Below, piece after piece: positions 38,546 to 50,591 of a DNA stretch of 64,000 nt (position 1 is the first letter of the stretch; every line of letters starts with the position of its first letter). The notes under the pieces are model-generated. The model made no database searches. It saw nothing but the letters and a program-made list of their open reading frames with translations, and was not told the origin of the DNA. Source of the DNA: Candidatus Omnitrophota bacterium (GTDB taxonomy: Bacteria > Omnitrophota > Gorgyraeia > Tantalellales > Tantalellaceae); assembly GCA_014728075.1 (NCBI GenBank), contig WJMG01000078.1:2668-66667 (forward strand), in the 5' to 3' direction. A program made the translations under genes and the position numbers.

Positions 38546-39217
38546 TTAAAAGTCAAGCTTCCCTTCCCCGGGCAATTCTTTTTCCAAAGAAGCAATAACC
38601 TGCCCTATCTGCTTAAGGGTCGACTCCTTAAGCAGATCGTTGTGTTTCAGCTCTTTGCTGACGGACTTAAGAAGGCTGACCATCCTTTTAAGAGAAGCGA
38701 TCCTTTTTTGGGCCCGCACCTCTTCCGGGTCCGTTTCTTCTCTCTGTTTTATGATACGCGTGAGGTCTTTTTTCACATCACGGGCGTCTTTCCCGTCTTT
38801 CAGGACATACTGCCTTATGCTGGAATATTCCTCGGAATCCAGGTCCTTTTTGCTGGCCTGTCTCAGGACATCGACCGCTTCGTAAGTGGGCACTTTGGCG
38901 GCTTCGGCTTTTTCCGTATAATCCTTTTTAATATAGGCCGGCTCTTTCTGTTCCATGAAAGAATAGGACCTCAAAAGCTTATGGGCCGTCTCCTTTCGTA
39001 TTCCTATCTCTTTGGAGGCATACGCCTGGAATTCGTCATACCCCCATTGCTTGTACATCTTTTCTTTCCAGACCGTGAACAGCGCCCGGCCCAGGTCTAT
39101 CCAGGAGGTCTTGAAGGTCCTGGCGTGCTCCAGAACATCGCGCCTTAAGGTCCCCTCTTCGACGGTCTCCATGATGCCTTCAATGTTCTTTATGGCTTTC
39201 GTTTTTGCCTCGCCCAT
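38546..39217 (-). CDS. Hypothetical helical protein with HTH-like N-terminal module
   Basis: SWIDLG..YKQWGYDEFQAYASKEIGIRKETAHKL motif, C-terminal coiled coil; strong RBS. Confidence 0.75.
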   Translation of the reverse strand: MGEAKTKAIKNIEGIMETVEEGTLRRDVLEHARTFKTSWIDLGRALFTVWKEKMYKQWGYDEFQAYASKEIGIRKETAHKLLRSYSFMEQKEPAYIKKDYTEKAEAAKVPTYEAVDVLRQASKKDLDSEEYSSIRQYVLKDGKDARDVKKDLTRIIKQREETDPEEVRAQKRIASLKRMVSLLKSVSKELKHNDLLKESTLKQIGQVIASLEKELPGEGKLDF

Positions 39218-39633
39218 AAGTCTTCGCCCCCCCTTACTTTCGGACTCTTGTAACCTTTCCGGGACAGGTTACGGTCCCGGAACAGAGGGCCATTATAGGC
39301 CATCTTGTCTCAAAGCGTCAAGTGTAATGGGGTCAAACCCTCAACATTGGACATTATCGATGAAGAATGAAAAAGAGAAGAGAAGGGTGCGCCTGGCGCT
39401 GGGGGAGCGGGCCTTTTTAACGACACGCGTTAAGCGTAAAGCGTTAAGGCAGCTCTTATCTCGAAGATCAGGGGCTTCTCTTTAACGCCTCTTCTTGTGA
39501 TCGCTTCCCCCTTTTCCGCGGATATCGCAATGCCTTCTCTGCGCGCAGCCCCGATCCAAGGCCGATCCCTTATCTGATAGCTGCGATCTGATATCTGCCG
39601 TCCAGTATGGCGTTAACCTTTTGCCTTCAGCCG

Positions 39634-39798
39634 TTACAGCATGTCTTCGTCGGTCTGCTGGTCGATCGTTTCCGTCGCCTCTTCAACGGTATCGGTATCG
39701 CTGCCTCCTCCCGACCCGCCGCAGGACCCCGCCTGTGAAACAGGACAGAACGCCAGCGTCAAAGCCATTATAATCCCGAAAACCATAGAGATCCTCAT
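39634..39798 (-). CDS. Small secreted acidic peptide, 54 aa
   Basis: MRISMVFGIIMALTLAFCPVSQA signal, then GSCGGSGGGSDTDTVEE...; AAGGGGGA RBS. Confidence 0.6.
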   Translation of the reverse strand: MRISMVFGIIMALTLAFCPVSQAGSCGGSGGGSDTDTVEEATETIDQQTDEDML

Positions 39799-39868
39799 GA
39801 TATCCCCCTTTTGTTTTATCGCCTCTCTAAATGATACCTTAAAAGTATCGTTATGGCAACTTTTTTCC

Positions 39869-40171
39869 TTACGCGTCCAGATGGTCGACATAGTCCTCAA
39901 AAGCCCGTTTAATGTCATACCATTCGTGCTTGCTCTTAATGGGAAGCTTTTTGTCCCTTCTCCAGTTCCCTTCTTTTTTATGCCACCTGTAGAAACACAT
40001 CTGTCTTTTCCCGTGGTCTTCCAGAAGCACCACCACCGACCACCATCCGAAACTGTCGTTCTTCTTTATGGTCCTGTACTTCAGGACCTTTATAGGCGGT
40101 TTTATTGGAAGGCGCTCCTCGTTCTTAACATCGGGGTTATCGTCGATGACAGGGCGTTCGTGTTCTTCCAT
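39869..40171 (-). CDS. Hypothetical protein, Trp/Lys-rich
   Basis: 100 aa with AAGGAGA RBS; GWWSVVVLLE..FYRWHKK. Confidence 0.7.
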   Translation of the reverse strand: MEEHERPVIDDNPDVKNEERLPIKPPIKVLKYRTIKKNDSFGWWSVVVLLEDHGKRQMCFYRWHKKEGNWRRDKKLPIKSKHEWYDIKRAFEDYVDHLDA

Positions 40172-40364
40172 ATCTGTCTCCTTGGTCTTCAGTTCAACGC
40201 GCGGTGTTAAGCGCGCAAGCGCGCCGGGACAGGAATTCCGGCAGGCCAGAGCACAGGAGCACCCTCCTCCCGCCGAGCTTCCTCTATTCCCTATTCACGA
40301 GCGTATCGTTACGCCTTTGCTTCCGGCCCGCGCCCTCCGTTTGCCCCGTGACCCGAACCGGCTA

Positions 40365-41414
40365 TTATACGCTCAGCGCTATTTTCCCGTTCTTTTCGTA
40401 CTGTTCGGTGAACTTTATTATAAGCTCCATCATCCTTACGGATTCGACGGGATATTTCCCGGCAGCCGATTCCTCGGAAAGCATGACACAATCGGTCCCG
40501 TCAAGTATGGCGTTGGCCACATCCGTAACCTCTGCCCTGGTGGGCCGCGAATGTTCTGTCATGTGCTCGAGCATCTGTGTAGCGGTTATGACGAATTTTT
40601 TCTTTTCATTGCATTTTTTTATTATGGTTTTCTGTATCGCGGGCACTTTGTAAATGGGGACCGCTATTCCCATATCGCCCCTGGCTACCATTATCCCGTC
40701 GGAAGCGTCGATTATCCCGTCAATGTTCTTCAGCGCCTCTCTGCTTTCTATTTTAGCGACGACCAGGCTCCTGCCCCCGTTATTCTCAACTTCCCGGCGG
40801 ATCGTTTCCATGTCGCCCGCCGTCCGCACGAATGACTGTGCCACCATATCCACTTTGTGTTTAACCCCGAATTTAAGGTCCTTGATATCCTTGGGAGTTA
40901 TTCCCGAAAAGGGAATACTGACATCGGGCATGTTTATGCCTTTCCGCTGCCGTATCGCGGTGCCTTCAACGACTTCGGCCTTGACCCGTGTTCTGGTCGA
41001 GCCTTTTGTCTTTAATATTATGTTGCCGTCCTCTATATAGACGAGTTTTCCGGTGCCTATTTTTTTGAGGTCGCCCGTATAGTCAAAAGGTATGACCCGG
41101 GGATCTCCGTCATCGGGCTGGTTCGTAAGCCAGACCGTCATTCTTTTTTTGACAGGTTTCTGGGTCGCCTGTCCTTTGAACTTTCCTATCCTTATCCTGA
41201 ACCCCTCCAGGTCCTGGAGGATCCGTACCCGTCTTTTATATTTCCGGTTTATCTTTCTTACCGTCCCCATGAGTTCAAGATGGAAGGAATGCGTGCCGTG
41301 CGAAAAGTTCAGCCTCGCGATATCCATGCCGGCCAGGACCATTTTCCTCAAACTGCTGTAATCTGAAGACGCGGGCCCCAATGTAGCCACTATCTTTGTT
41401 CTCGCTCTTGCCAT
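40365..41414 (-). CDS. pyk: Pyruvate kinase lacking the C-terminal domain, 349 aa
   Basis: [39 protein letters not shown]; stop directly after the A-barrel. Confidence 0.92.
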   Translation of the reverse strand: MARARTKIVATLGPASSDYSSLRKMVLAGMDIARLNFSHGTHSFHLELMGTVRKINRKYKRRVRILQDLEGFRIRIGKFKGQATQKPVKKRMTVWLTNQPDDGDPRVIPFDYTGDLKKIGTGKLVYIEDGNIILKTKGSTRTRVKAEVVEGTAIRQRKGINMPDVSIPFSGITPKDIKDLKFGVKHKVDMVAQSFVRTAGDMETIRREVENNGGRSLVVAKIESREALKNIDGIIDASDGIMVARGDMGIAVPIYKVPAIQKTIIKKCNEKKKFVITATQMLEHMTEHSRPTRAEVTDVANAILDGTDCVMLSEESAAGKYPVESVRMMELIIKFTEQYEKNGKIALSV

Positions 41415-41443
41415 GTTCTCTCCGTTATTTGCGTGTTCCCTGC

Positions 41444-42313
41444 TTACAGGCCTCTTGCCCATTCGGCCCTCAGGTCAGTATCTCCTTTTATCCCCGCCTC
41501 AAGCTCGCGGAGAAGCCGCTCTTTGTCTTTAGGCAGCCTTCCTTCAAGGGAAATGTAATTTGAGGCGTGGTCCGTCCGGAAAACGGTCCTTTTCATATCC
41601 AGACCGGCCAGGATATCCCTTGCCTGCTCCAGCAGCGCTACCGGGCCAAGCCTCTTGAATTCTCCCCGCGCGGCTTCCTCGAACAGAGGCGTGCCGGGCA
41701 CGAACATCAGGGACAGAAAAGAGAGGTACCGCGGCTGCATCCGGTTCAGCGCTTTTACGGTTTCCTGTACATGCTCTTCCGCCAGGCGCTCCCCCCCCAG
41801 ACCCAGCAGGACCATAACGGAGCTTTTTATACCGGCCTCCTCCGCTTTCCCGACCGCTTCTACCATTTCGTCCACACCCGACCTTTTACCGCAAGCGTTC
41901 AGTACTTTCTGTGAGCCGCTTTCCAGGCCTATGTAGATCAGGCTCAATTTGTTTTCCCGGAGTTCTTTGAGCTCCTCTCTGCTCCTAAGGGTTATGTTAA
42001 ACCCGTTGGCGTAACTTGCGACCCTTGTGAGAGCGGGGAACGCCTTATCGAGCTCCCGCAGGACCGGGATCAATCCGTTATTCCTTACCGCAAGCGCATC
42101 TCCGTCCAGAAGAAAGACCCTTCTGACCCCGGCGTCTTCCTCTTTCTGTTTCCTTATGTCCTCCAGGACCTCCTCCCGGGGCTTTATCCCGAAAGTTTTT
42201 CCCGTATATGCCCCGCAGAAAGAGCACTGGTTGGCGGAACATCCGAGAGTGACCTGGAGAAGGAAGCTTCCGGCTTCCGAAGGCGGCCTGATCACGGGGC
42301 CCGCTATAGTCAT
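41444..42313 (-). CDS. Radical SAM protein
   Basis: [17 protein letters not shown] (Cx4Cx2C), [16 protein letters not shown]. Confidence 0.9.
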   Translation of the reverse strand: MTIAGPVIRPPSEAGSFLLQVTLGCSANQCSFCGAYTGKTFGIKPREEVLEDIRKQKEEDAGVRRVFLLDGDALAVRNNGLIPVLRELDKAFPALTRVASYANGFNITLRSREELKELRENKLSLIYIGLESGSQKVLNACGKRSGVDEMVEAVGKAEEAGIKSSVMVLLGLGGERLAEEHVQETVKALNRMQPRYLSFLSLMFVPGTPLFEEAARGEFKRLGPVALLEQARDILAGLDMKRTVFRTDHASNYISLEGRLPKDKERLLRELEAGIKGDTDLRAEWARGL

Positions 42314-42326
42314 ATTCCTCGCCCTC

Positions 42327-42494
42327 CTATTTTCCGAGCTCCCGGACCACGGCCGCGCTGACAAAACTCACTACACCGGCGAAGATCAGTCCCTGCTGCC
42401 GGCCGGCCGCCACGCCGAATACCGGCAAAAGGATCAGGATCACCCCCAGCGCCGCCAGGACAACGCTCATTTTATAGGCTTTTTGTTTCTTCAT
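42327..42494 (-). CDS. Small 2-TM membrane protein, 55 aa
   Basis: MKKQKAYKMSVVLAALGVILILLPVFG...; AAAGGA RBS; fills the gap in the operon. Confidence 0.55.
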   Translation of the reverse strand: MKKQKAYKMSVVLAALGVILILLPVFGVAAGRQQGLIFAGVVSFVSAAVVRELGK

Positions 42495-42501
42495 TGGTCC
42501 T

Positions 42502-43986
42502 TTATCTCCATGCGCTTCTTCTGTCCCCGGCCCTTTCGTACGCTTCTTCGTATCGCGCGGCCGAATCGTCCCAGGAGAAATGCTCCCGCATGCCGCTCCG
42601 GCGCATTCTGTCAAAATGCTCCGGGCGGTCGTAATAAGTGCTGACAGCCCATCCTGTCGTGTAATATACGGATGCCGGGCCCGCGTCGCGAAAAGTGAAC
42701 CCGGTGCCATCCCCTGTCCTTTCGTTGTATTTTTTTACGGTATCCTTAAGGCCGCCGATCTCCCGCACGATGGGCAAGGTCCCGTACTTTAGGCTGTAGA
42801 TCTGGTTCAGGCCGCACGGTTCGTAAAGCGACGGCATCAGAAAGAGGTCCGCACCCGCCTCTATAAGGTGGGCTCTTTCGTTGCTGTAGCCTATCCACGC
42901 ACCCACCCTTCCCGGATACCTGGCGGGAAGGCCCCCGAAAAAGTCCTCCATATATTTCTCGCCGCATCCCAGAAAGGCGAACTGCACCTCCATGTCCCTT
43001 AAAATGTCTTCCATGACCGGGATGACATGCTGAAACCCTTTCTGTTCAGCGAAACGGGAGACTACTCCTATGACCGGGACATCCTTCTTCTCCTGCAGAT
43101 GAAAAGCCCTCTGCAGCGCTTTTTTACACTCGGCTTTGCCCGAAAGGTCTTCGGCGGAATAAGCGGCCGGGATATGCGGGTCCTTTTCGGGGTCCCAGTG
43201 GTCGTAATCGACCCCGTTCAGTATGCCCGAAACATCATCCTTTCTTCTCTGGAGATACGGCGCCAGCCCGCTACCCCCTACGGGGGAAAGGATCTCTCCG
43301 GCATAGGACGGACTTACGGTGGTTATGCCGTCGGCGTAAAATATCGCGCCCTTCATCATATTGATCCCGCCGTAGTTCTCAAGCCGGTCCGGGTGAATAT
43401 CCTCTTTCCGGATCCCCAGCCGGTCCGGGTTAGAAAAGCGGAATATGCCCTGGTGCCCTATATTGTGGATGGAAAAGACCGTAGCGGTATCCCGCAGCAG
43501 CGGGTCTTCTCTGTAGCGGGTCTTTAGATAAACGGGGATCATGGCTGTCTGCCAGTCATTACAATGAAGTATGTCCGGGGAAAATCCGGTATCCCTGCAC
43601 AATTGCAAGCAGCTCTCGGAAAAAAAAGCGAACCGTTCCGCGTTATCGGGATATTCCCTTTTCCCGTCGTCATAAAGACCGGACCTTCCGAAATAGTGCT
43701 CGTGTTCTATAAGATAGACGCGCAGCCCGTCGACGACCGTTTCCCTGACCGCGCACCAGACCGTACGGCCCCCCAGCGGTACACCCATAGGCGAAACCGC
43801 CCAGGTCATCTCGTAAGGACCGGGATCCACTGCCCAGTATCTTGGTATGACCAGGCGCACATCGTGCCCCCGTCGGGCAAGGGCTTTCGGAAGCGCCCCC
43901 GCAACATCACCCAGTCCTCCGGTTTTTATGAAAGGTACCGCCTCGGACGCGGTAAAAAGTATCTTTTTTCGCTTCGGGACAGACAT
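42502..43986 (-). CDS. glgA: Glycogen synthase
   Basis: KTGGLGDV, HCNDWQT, SRFAEQKG, EPCGLNQ. Confidence 0.96.
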   Translation of the reverse strand: MSVPKRKKILFTASEAVPFIKTGGLGDVAGALPKALARRGHDVRLVIPRYWAVDPGPYEMTWAVSPMGVPLGGRTVWCAVRETVVDGLRVYLIEHEHYFGRSGLYDDGKREYPDNAERFAFFSESCLQLCRDTGFSPDILHCNDWQTAMIPVYLKTRYREDPLLRDTATVFSIHNIGHQGIFRFSNPDRLGIRKEDIHPDRLENYGGINMMKGAIFYADGITTVSPSYAGEILSPVGGSGLAPYLQRRKDDVSGILNGVDYDHWDPEKDPHIPAAYSAEDLSGKAECKKALQRAFHLQEKKDVPVIGVVSRFAEQKGFQHVIPVMEDILRDMEVQFAFLGCGEKYMEDFFGGLPARYPGRVGAWIGYSNERAHLIEAGADLFLMPSLYEPCGLNQIYSLKYGTLPIVREIGGLKDTVKKYNERTGDGTGFTFRDAGPASVYYTTGWAVSTYYDRPEHFDRMRRSGMREHFSWDDSAARYEEAYERAGDRRSAWR

Positions 43987-44075
43987 AGCAATATTATTAT
44001 AACTCATCTGAGCGGAAAGTGGAGCGTATTTTCTAAAAACAGGCGTCTGCCTCCGATCAGACCGGATTAAAACTA

Positions 44076-44104
44076 TTGACTGCTTTGTCTTAATGTGCTA
44101 TAAA
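44076..44104 (+). promoter_or_regulatory. tRNA-Asp promoter
   Basis: TTGACT-17-TATAAA with extended TG. Confidence 0.65.
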
Positions 44105-44136
44105 ATACTCTCCGTTTTTTAAGGGAAGAAATCAGA

Positions 44137-44213
44137 GGGGCGGTAGTTCAGTTGGCTAGAACGTCGGACTGTCGATCCGAAGGTCGCGGGTTCGAGCCCC
44201 GTCCGCCCCGCCA
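44137..44213 (+). tRNA. tRNA-Asp(GTC)
   Basis: GGGGCGG/CCGCCCC acceptor stem, tcgga-CTGTCGA-tccga anticodon arm, GGTTCGA T-loop, encoded CCA. Confidence 0.97.
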
Positions 44214-44642
44214 TCCTTCTTCGCTTTTCAAAGCGTATAAGAGTGGTAAAGCTTCGAAGGAATGCTGGAAGGAATAACCTCTGCGAAACTGAATCAGCAA
44301 AATATGCTTCGAACAGCGAAGCAGGGTCCGCCCCGCCATTTGAAAAAGGCTTCTTGTGCATTAGTACAAGGGGCCTTTTTTACATACCGATGCTGTCAAG
44401 GGGCTCGAAGGGAGCAGCTGAGCCTTTTATATAATGAAGTATCCGAGCTGGCGAGGATACGAACACAACCGAAGATGCGGGTGGCCGACCGGAGGGCGAA
44501 AATGTTTTCTGGCACGAACGATAGTGAGGGACAGTAATATCTGAGAAGCCCGCAGGCGCCGAGCCCCGTCCGCCCCGCCATTCTTCTTCGCTTTTCAAAT
44601 CGTATAAGAGTGGTAAAGCTTCGAAGGAATGGTGGAAGGAAT
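44193..44642 (+). repeat. Direct repeats of the tRNA-Asp 3' end (att-like)
   Basis: 83-bp near-identical copies at 44193-44275 and 44560-44642 (3 mismatches by eye); a 14-bp copy at 44326-44339. Confidence 0.9.
44343..44381 (+). terminator. Terminator hairpin
   Basis: aaaaaggcttcttgtgc-atta-gtacaaggggccttttt. Confidence 0.75.
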
Positions 44643-44650
44643 TATCAGTA

Positions 44651-44687
44651 GAAAGCTCTCAGGGTTTTATCGCTCTGGGAGCTTTTT
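44651..44687 (+). terminator. Terminator hairpin
   Basis: aaagctctcagggt..gctctgggagcttttt. Confidence 0.65.
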
Positions 44688-44974
44688 ATTATGAAGATCA
44701 GAAAATAAAGGATGGAAAGTGGTGGCCCTTTTGTCTGAAGTCGACAGCAGAGAAAAGGACGGGGATCAAAGCGGTCGTCTGAGCTTTTACCTGTTTGAGT
44801 AGTGAACGCGGGCAGGACAAGCGCGGAGAGTTTCTGCCGTTTTCGCGCTTGCCCTGGCGCGCCCAAGCTTCTGACGGAGGTTTTTTGACAAAACCTTCTT
44901 GTATGCGGTTCTTCGTTTTGGTCAAAAAACCGATGGAAGAAGTGCAGATATCCTTTAAAAGAATATCTGGCCGT

Positions 44975-45010
44975 AAAAAAAGACCATCTCTTTATAGAGT
45001 GGTCTTTTTT
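44975..45010. terminator. Bidirectional terminator after tRNA-Val
   Basis: aaaaaaagacca-tctct-ttat-agag-tggtctttttt. Confidence 0.8.
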
Positions 45011-45011
45011 A

Positions 45012-45089
45012 TGGTGGGCGCGGTAGGATTCGAACCTACGACATCTACCTTGTAAGGGTAGCGCTCTAAACCAGCTGAGCTACGCGCCC
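45012..45089 (-). tRNA. tRNA-Val(TAC)
   Basis: Reverse complement GGGCGCGTAGCTCAGCTGGTTTAGAGCGCTACCCTTACAAGGTAG...GGTTCGAATCCTACCGCGCCCACCA. Confidence 0.97.
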
Positions 45090-45152
45090 GGAACTTTTAT
45101 GGTGTCGTATTATATATTAGAGCCCGGGAGTTGTCAATCATTCCCGGCCGGT

Positions 45153-47672
45153 TCATTCCCCGCCTTCGGCGGAGGCGTCCTCCCCGACCGGTTTAGCGTT
45201 CTCGGCGGCGCCGGCAGCTTCTATCTCCTCAACGGTAACATCGTCCTCGTCCTTGGCCACGACGCTTGCCAGGTCCGTAAGCCGGTCGGTGTCCTTCAGA
45301 GAAATAACCCTTACTCCCTGCGTGGACCTGCCTATTTTGCTTATTCCGCTGACGGCAACGCGGACTACCATCCCCTTTTTGGAGATAAGCATGATCTCGT
45401 TGTCTTCCCGCACGCTTCTTACCCCGACCACCGGCCCGTTCTTGTCGACGATCTTCATGTTTATAACGCCGCTTCCCCCTCTTGACTGGAGCCGGTATTC
45501 CCCGAACTCGGTCCTTTTTCCGTACCCTCTTTCGGTAACGGTCAACAGCGTGCCGTCGGCGTCTGCCTTCACCATGCCTATCACCCGGTCGCCCTTCTTG
45601 AGCGAGATGCCTTTGACCCCGGCCGCTGTCCTGCCCATGGACCGGATGTCCTTCTCGCTGAACCTTATGGCTTTACCATCCGAAGTGGCCAGACAGATCT
45701 GGTCGTCCCCTCCGGACAGAACGGACCCGATAAGGCTGTCGCCCTTTGAAAGGTTGAGAGCGATTATGCCTCCTTTCCTGGGATTGCTGAAAGCCGTCAG
45801 CGAGGTCTTTTTTATCTTCCCGCTTCTGGTAGCCATGACCACATAGCAGCCTTCGGCAAATTCCCGTACAGGTACTACGGAAGATATCTTCTCGTCCTGC
45901 GCCAGTTCCAGCAGATTGACTATCGGCCTACCCTTTGTCCTCTTCCCGGCCTGCGGTATCTCGTGCACCTTCAGCCAGTGCAGTTTCCCCTGGTTGGTGA
46001 AAATAAGCAGGTAATCGTGTGTCGAGGCGACAAAAAGGTTCTCGACGAAATCCTCTTCTTTCGTGGACGCGCCTGTCACGCCTTTTCCTCCGCGCCGCTG
46101 TTTCTTATACGCGCTCACCGGGAACCTCTTGATATATCCGGCGTGGCTGAGCGTAATCACCATATCTTCTTCCGCTATGAGATCCTCTATATCTATGTCC
46201 TCCGCGTCTGCGGTTATCTCTGTGCGCCTTTCGTCTCCGAATTTCTCCTTAAGAGAAAGACATTCTTCCTTGATTATGTTCTGCACCTTTTTATCGCTGG
46301 CCAGTATCCCCTTGAGTTCCTCAATAAGCTTGAGCAGGTCTTTGTATTCGTTCTCAAGTTTTTCCGTCTCAAGGCTGGTAAGCTGCTGAAGTCGCATCGC
46401 GAGTATTGCCAGCGCCTGCCTCTCCGAAAGCTTGAATTTTTTCATCAGCCCGAGCTTGGCGGCCTCCGGGTCCTTGGACTTCTTGATGATCTTAATGACC
46501 TCGTCCAGGTTCTTGAGAGCTATCTTCAATCCTTCCAGTATATGCGCCCTTTCTTCCGCTTTGGCCAGGTCATATTTCGTGCGTCTGATTATTATCTCTT
46601 TCCGGTGCTTCACGAACTCCTCAAGGATCTCCTTAAGGTTCAACACCCTCGGCTGTCCATCGACGATCGCCAGCAGTATCACCCCGAAAGTATCCCTCAT
46701 CTGGGTGTGCTTATACAGCTGGTTCATCACCACTTCCGAATTGCTTCCTTTCTTTATATCGACCACTATCCTCATGCCGTCCCGGTCGGATTCGTCCCTT
46801 ATGTCCGAAATGCCGTCGACTTTCTTGTTCTTCACCAGGTCGGCGATCGAAGTAATGAGGCGTGTCTTGTTTACCTGGTACGGTATTTCCGTTACGATAA
46901 GCGCTTCTTTGCCCTGTTTTTTCTGCTCTATGTGGACCCTTGCCTGCATTTTCAGGGATCCGCGTCCCGTACGATATGCTTTAAGGATGTTGTCCCTTCC
47001 GCAGATCAGGGCGCCCGTTGGAAAGTCCGGTCCCGTGACTATTTTCACGAGGTCTTTTATCTGGCAGGAAGGATTATCGACCAGATAGCATATAGCGTCA
47101 ACGATCTCGTTGAGATTGTGGGGAGGGATGTTGGTCGCCATCCCTACGGCTATTCCGCTTGACCCGTTGAGCAGCAGGTTAGGCAGTATGGACGGCAACA
47201 CTTCCGGTTCTTTAAGCGATCCGTCAAAGTTCGGGCGCCATCCCACCGTTTCCTTTTCCAGGTCCTGGAGCAGGCTTTCGGTTATCCTTTGCATCCTCGC
47301 CTCGGTATACCTCATTGCCGCCGCCGAGTCCCCGTCTATGGACCCGAAGTTCCCCTGTCCGTTGATAAGAGGATACCGGAGAGAGAATTCCTGCACCATC
47401 CTGACGAGCGCGTCGTATACGGCCGTATCTCCGTGGGGATGGTATTTACCCAGGACCTCCCCCACTATTCTCGCGCTTTTCTTGTATGATTTGTTGTACA
47501 CTATGCCCATGTCCTTCATCGCGTAAAGGATCCTTCTGTGCACGGGCTTCAGCCCGTCGCGCACATCGGGAAGCGCTCTTCCTATGATAACGCTCATGGA
47601 ATAATTGATATACGAATCCTTCATCTCTTCTTCGATGTGGATCGGTATTATCTTCTCGTTCTGTGTATACAT
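45153..47672 (-). CDS. gyrA: DNA gyrase subunit A
   Basis: [25 protein letters not shown], GyrA box QRRGGKG. Confidence 0.98.
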   Translation of the reverse strand: MYTQNEKIIPIHIEEEMKDSYINYSMSVIIGRALPDVRDGLKPVHRRILYAMKDMGIVYNKSYKKSARIVGEVLGKYHPHGDTAVYDALVRMVQEFSLRYPLINGQGNFGSIDGDSAAAMRYTEARMQRITESLLQDLEKETVGWRPNFDGSLKEPEVLPSILPNLLLNGSSGIAVGMATNIPPHNLNEIVDAICYLVDNPSCQIKDLVKIVTGPDFPTGALICGRDNILKAYRTGRGSLKMQARVHIEQKKQGKEALIVTEIPYQVNKTRLITSIADLVKNKKVDGISDIRDESDRDGMRIVVDIKKGSNSEVVMNQLYKHTQMRDTFGVILLAIVDGQPRVLNLKEILEEFVKHRKEIIIRRTKYDLAKAEERAHILEGLKIALKNLDEVIKIIKKSKDPEAAKLGLMKKFKLSERQALAILAMRLQQLTSLETEKLENEYKDLLKLIEELKGILASDKKVQNIIKEECLSLKEKFGDERRTEITADAEDIDIEDLIAEEDMVITLSHAGYIKRFPVSAYKKQRRGGKGVTGASTKEEDFVENLFVASTHDYLLIFTNQGKLHWLKVHEIPQAGKRTKGRPIVNLLELAQDEKISSVVPVREFAEGCYVVMATRSGKIKKTSLTAFSNPRKGGIIALNLSKGDSLIGSVLSGGDDQICLATSDGKAIRFSEKDIRSMGRTAAGVKGISLKKGDRVIGMVKADADGTLLTVTERGYGKRTEFGEYRLQSRGGSGVINMKIVDKNGPVVGVRSVREDNEIMLISKKGMVVRVAVSGISKIGRSTQGVRVISLKDTDRLTDLASVVAKDEDDVTVEEIEAAGAAENAKPVGEDASAEGGE

Positions 47673-47770
47673 ATGCTCTCCTGTCTCTTATTTGTCCTCT
47701 CCGCGAAGCACCTGTCCGGGGACGCCTTAAATTTTTTTCCTTTTATTCTCTTCTTTTCACAGCGTACGGC

Positions 47771-50260
<2,490 letters not shown>

Positions 50261-50272
50261 TTATTTCCTGTC

Positions 50273-50587
50273 CTATTCCTCCAGGGTACCGACCCTGAAC
50301 CTTATGTTCCTGGCCTTGGTCCTTCCGGTATAGTTCTCGTTGAACCTCTTAAGTATATCACGCTTTTCCAGCGTGAATTTATAAAGCCATACCGAATTCT
50401 CGACCAATACTATTATGGTGGCGTTCTTGTAGTTAACCGGTCTCGAGTGGGCTTGCTCTTTTTCGGATACCGACCTGTTCCAGGCCTCCAGGACGGCATT
50501 CCCCTTTTTCCTGTTGCTCTTCTCTATCTTCCTGAGAACACCGTCGACTACTCCCCTAACATGCCCCGCGCCTTTTTTATCCCTCAT
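50273..50587 (-). CDS. dciA: DUF721/DciA helicase-loader-like protein
   Basis: W..V....HSRP......LVENSVW...IRFRVG pattern; located between dnaN and gyrB. Confidence 0.8.
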   Translation of the reverse strand: MRDKKGAGHVRGVVDGVLRKIEKSNRKKGNAVLEAWNRSVSEKEQAHSRPVNYKNATIIVLVENSVWLYKFTLEKRDILKRFNENYTGRTKARNIRFRVGTLEE

Positions 50588-50591
50588 ATCC

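Noticed and set aside
44119-45055. Short ORFs around the tRNAs as integrase or phage genes
   Set aside because: They are translations of tRNA and repeat sequence; no recombinase motifs.
45963-47162. Long antisense ORFs (e.g. 399 aa opposite gyrA, 387 aa opposite the porin, 367 and 352 aa opposite hyd genes)
   Set aside because: Shadow frames of well-conserved genes, with no motifs or RBS; expected from codon bias.
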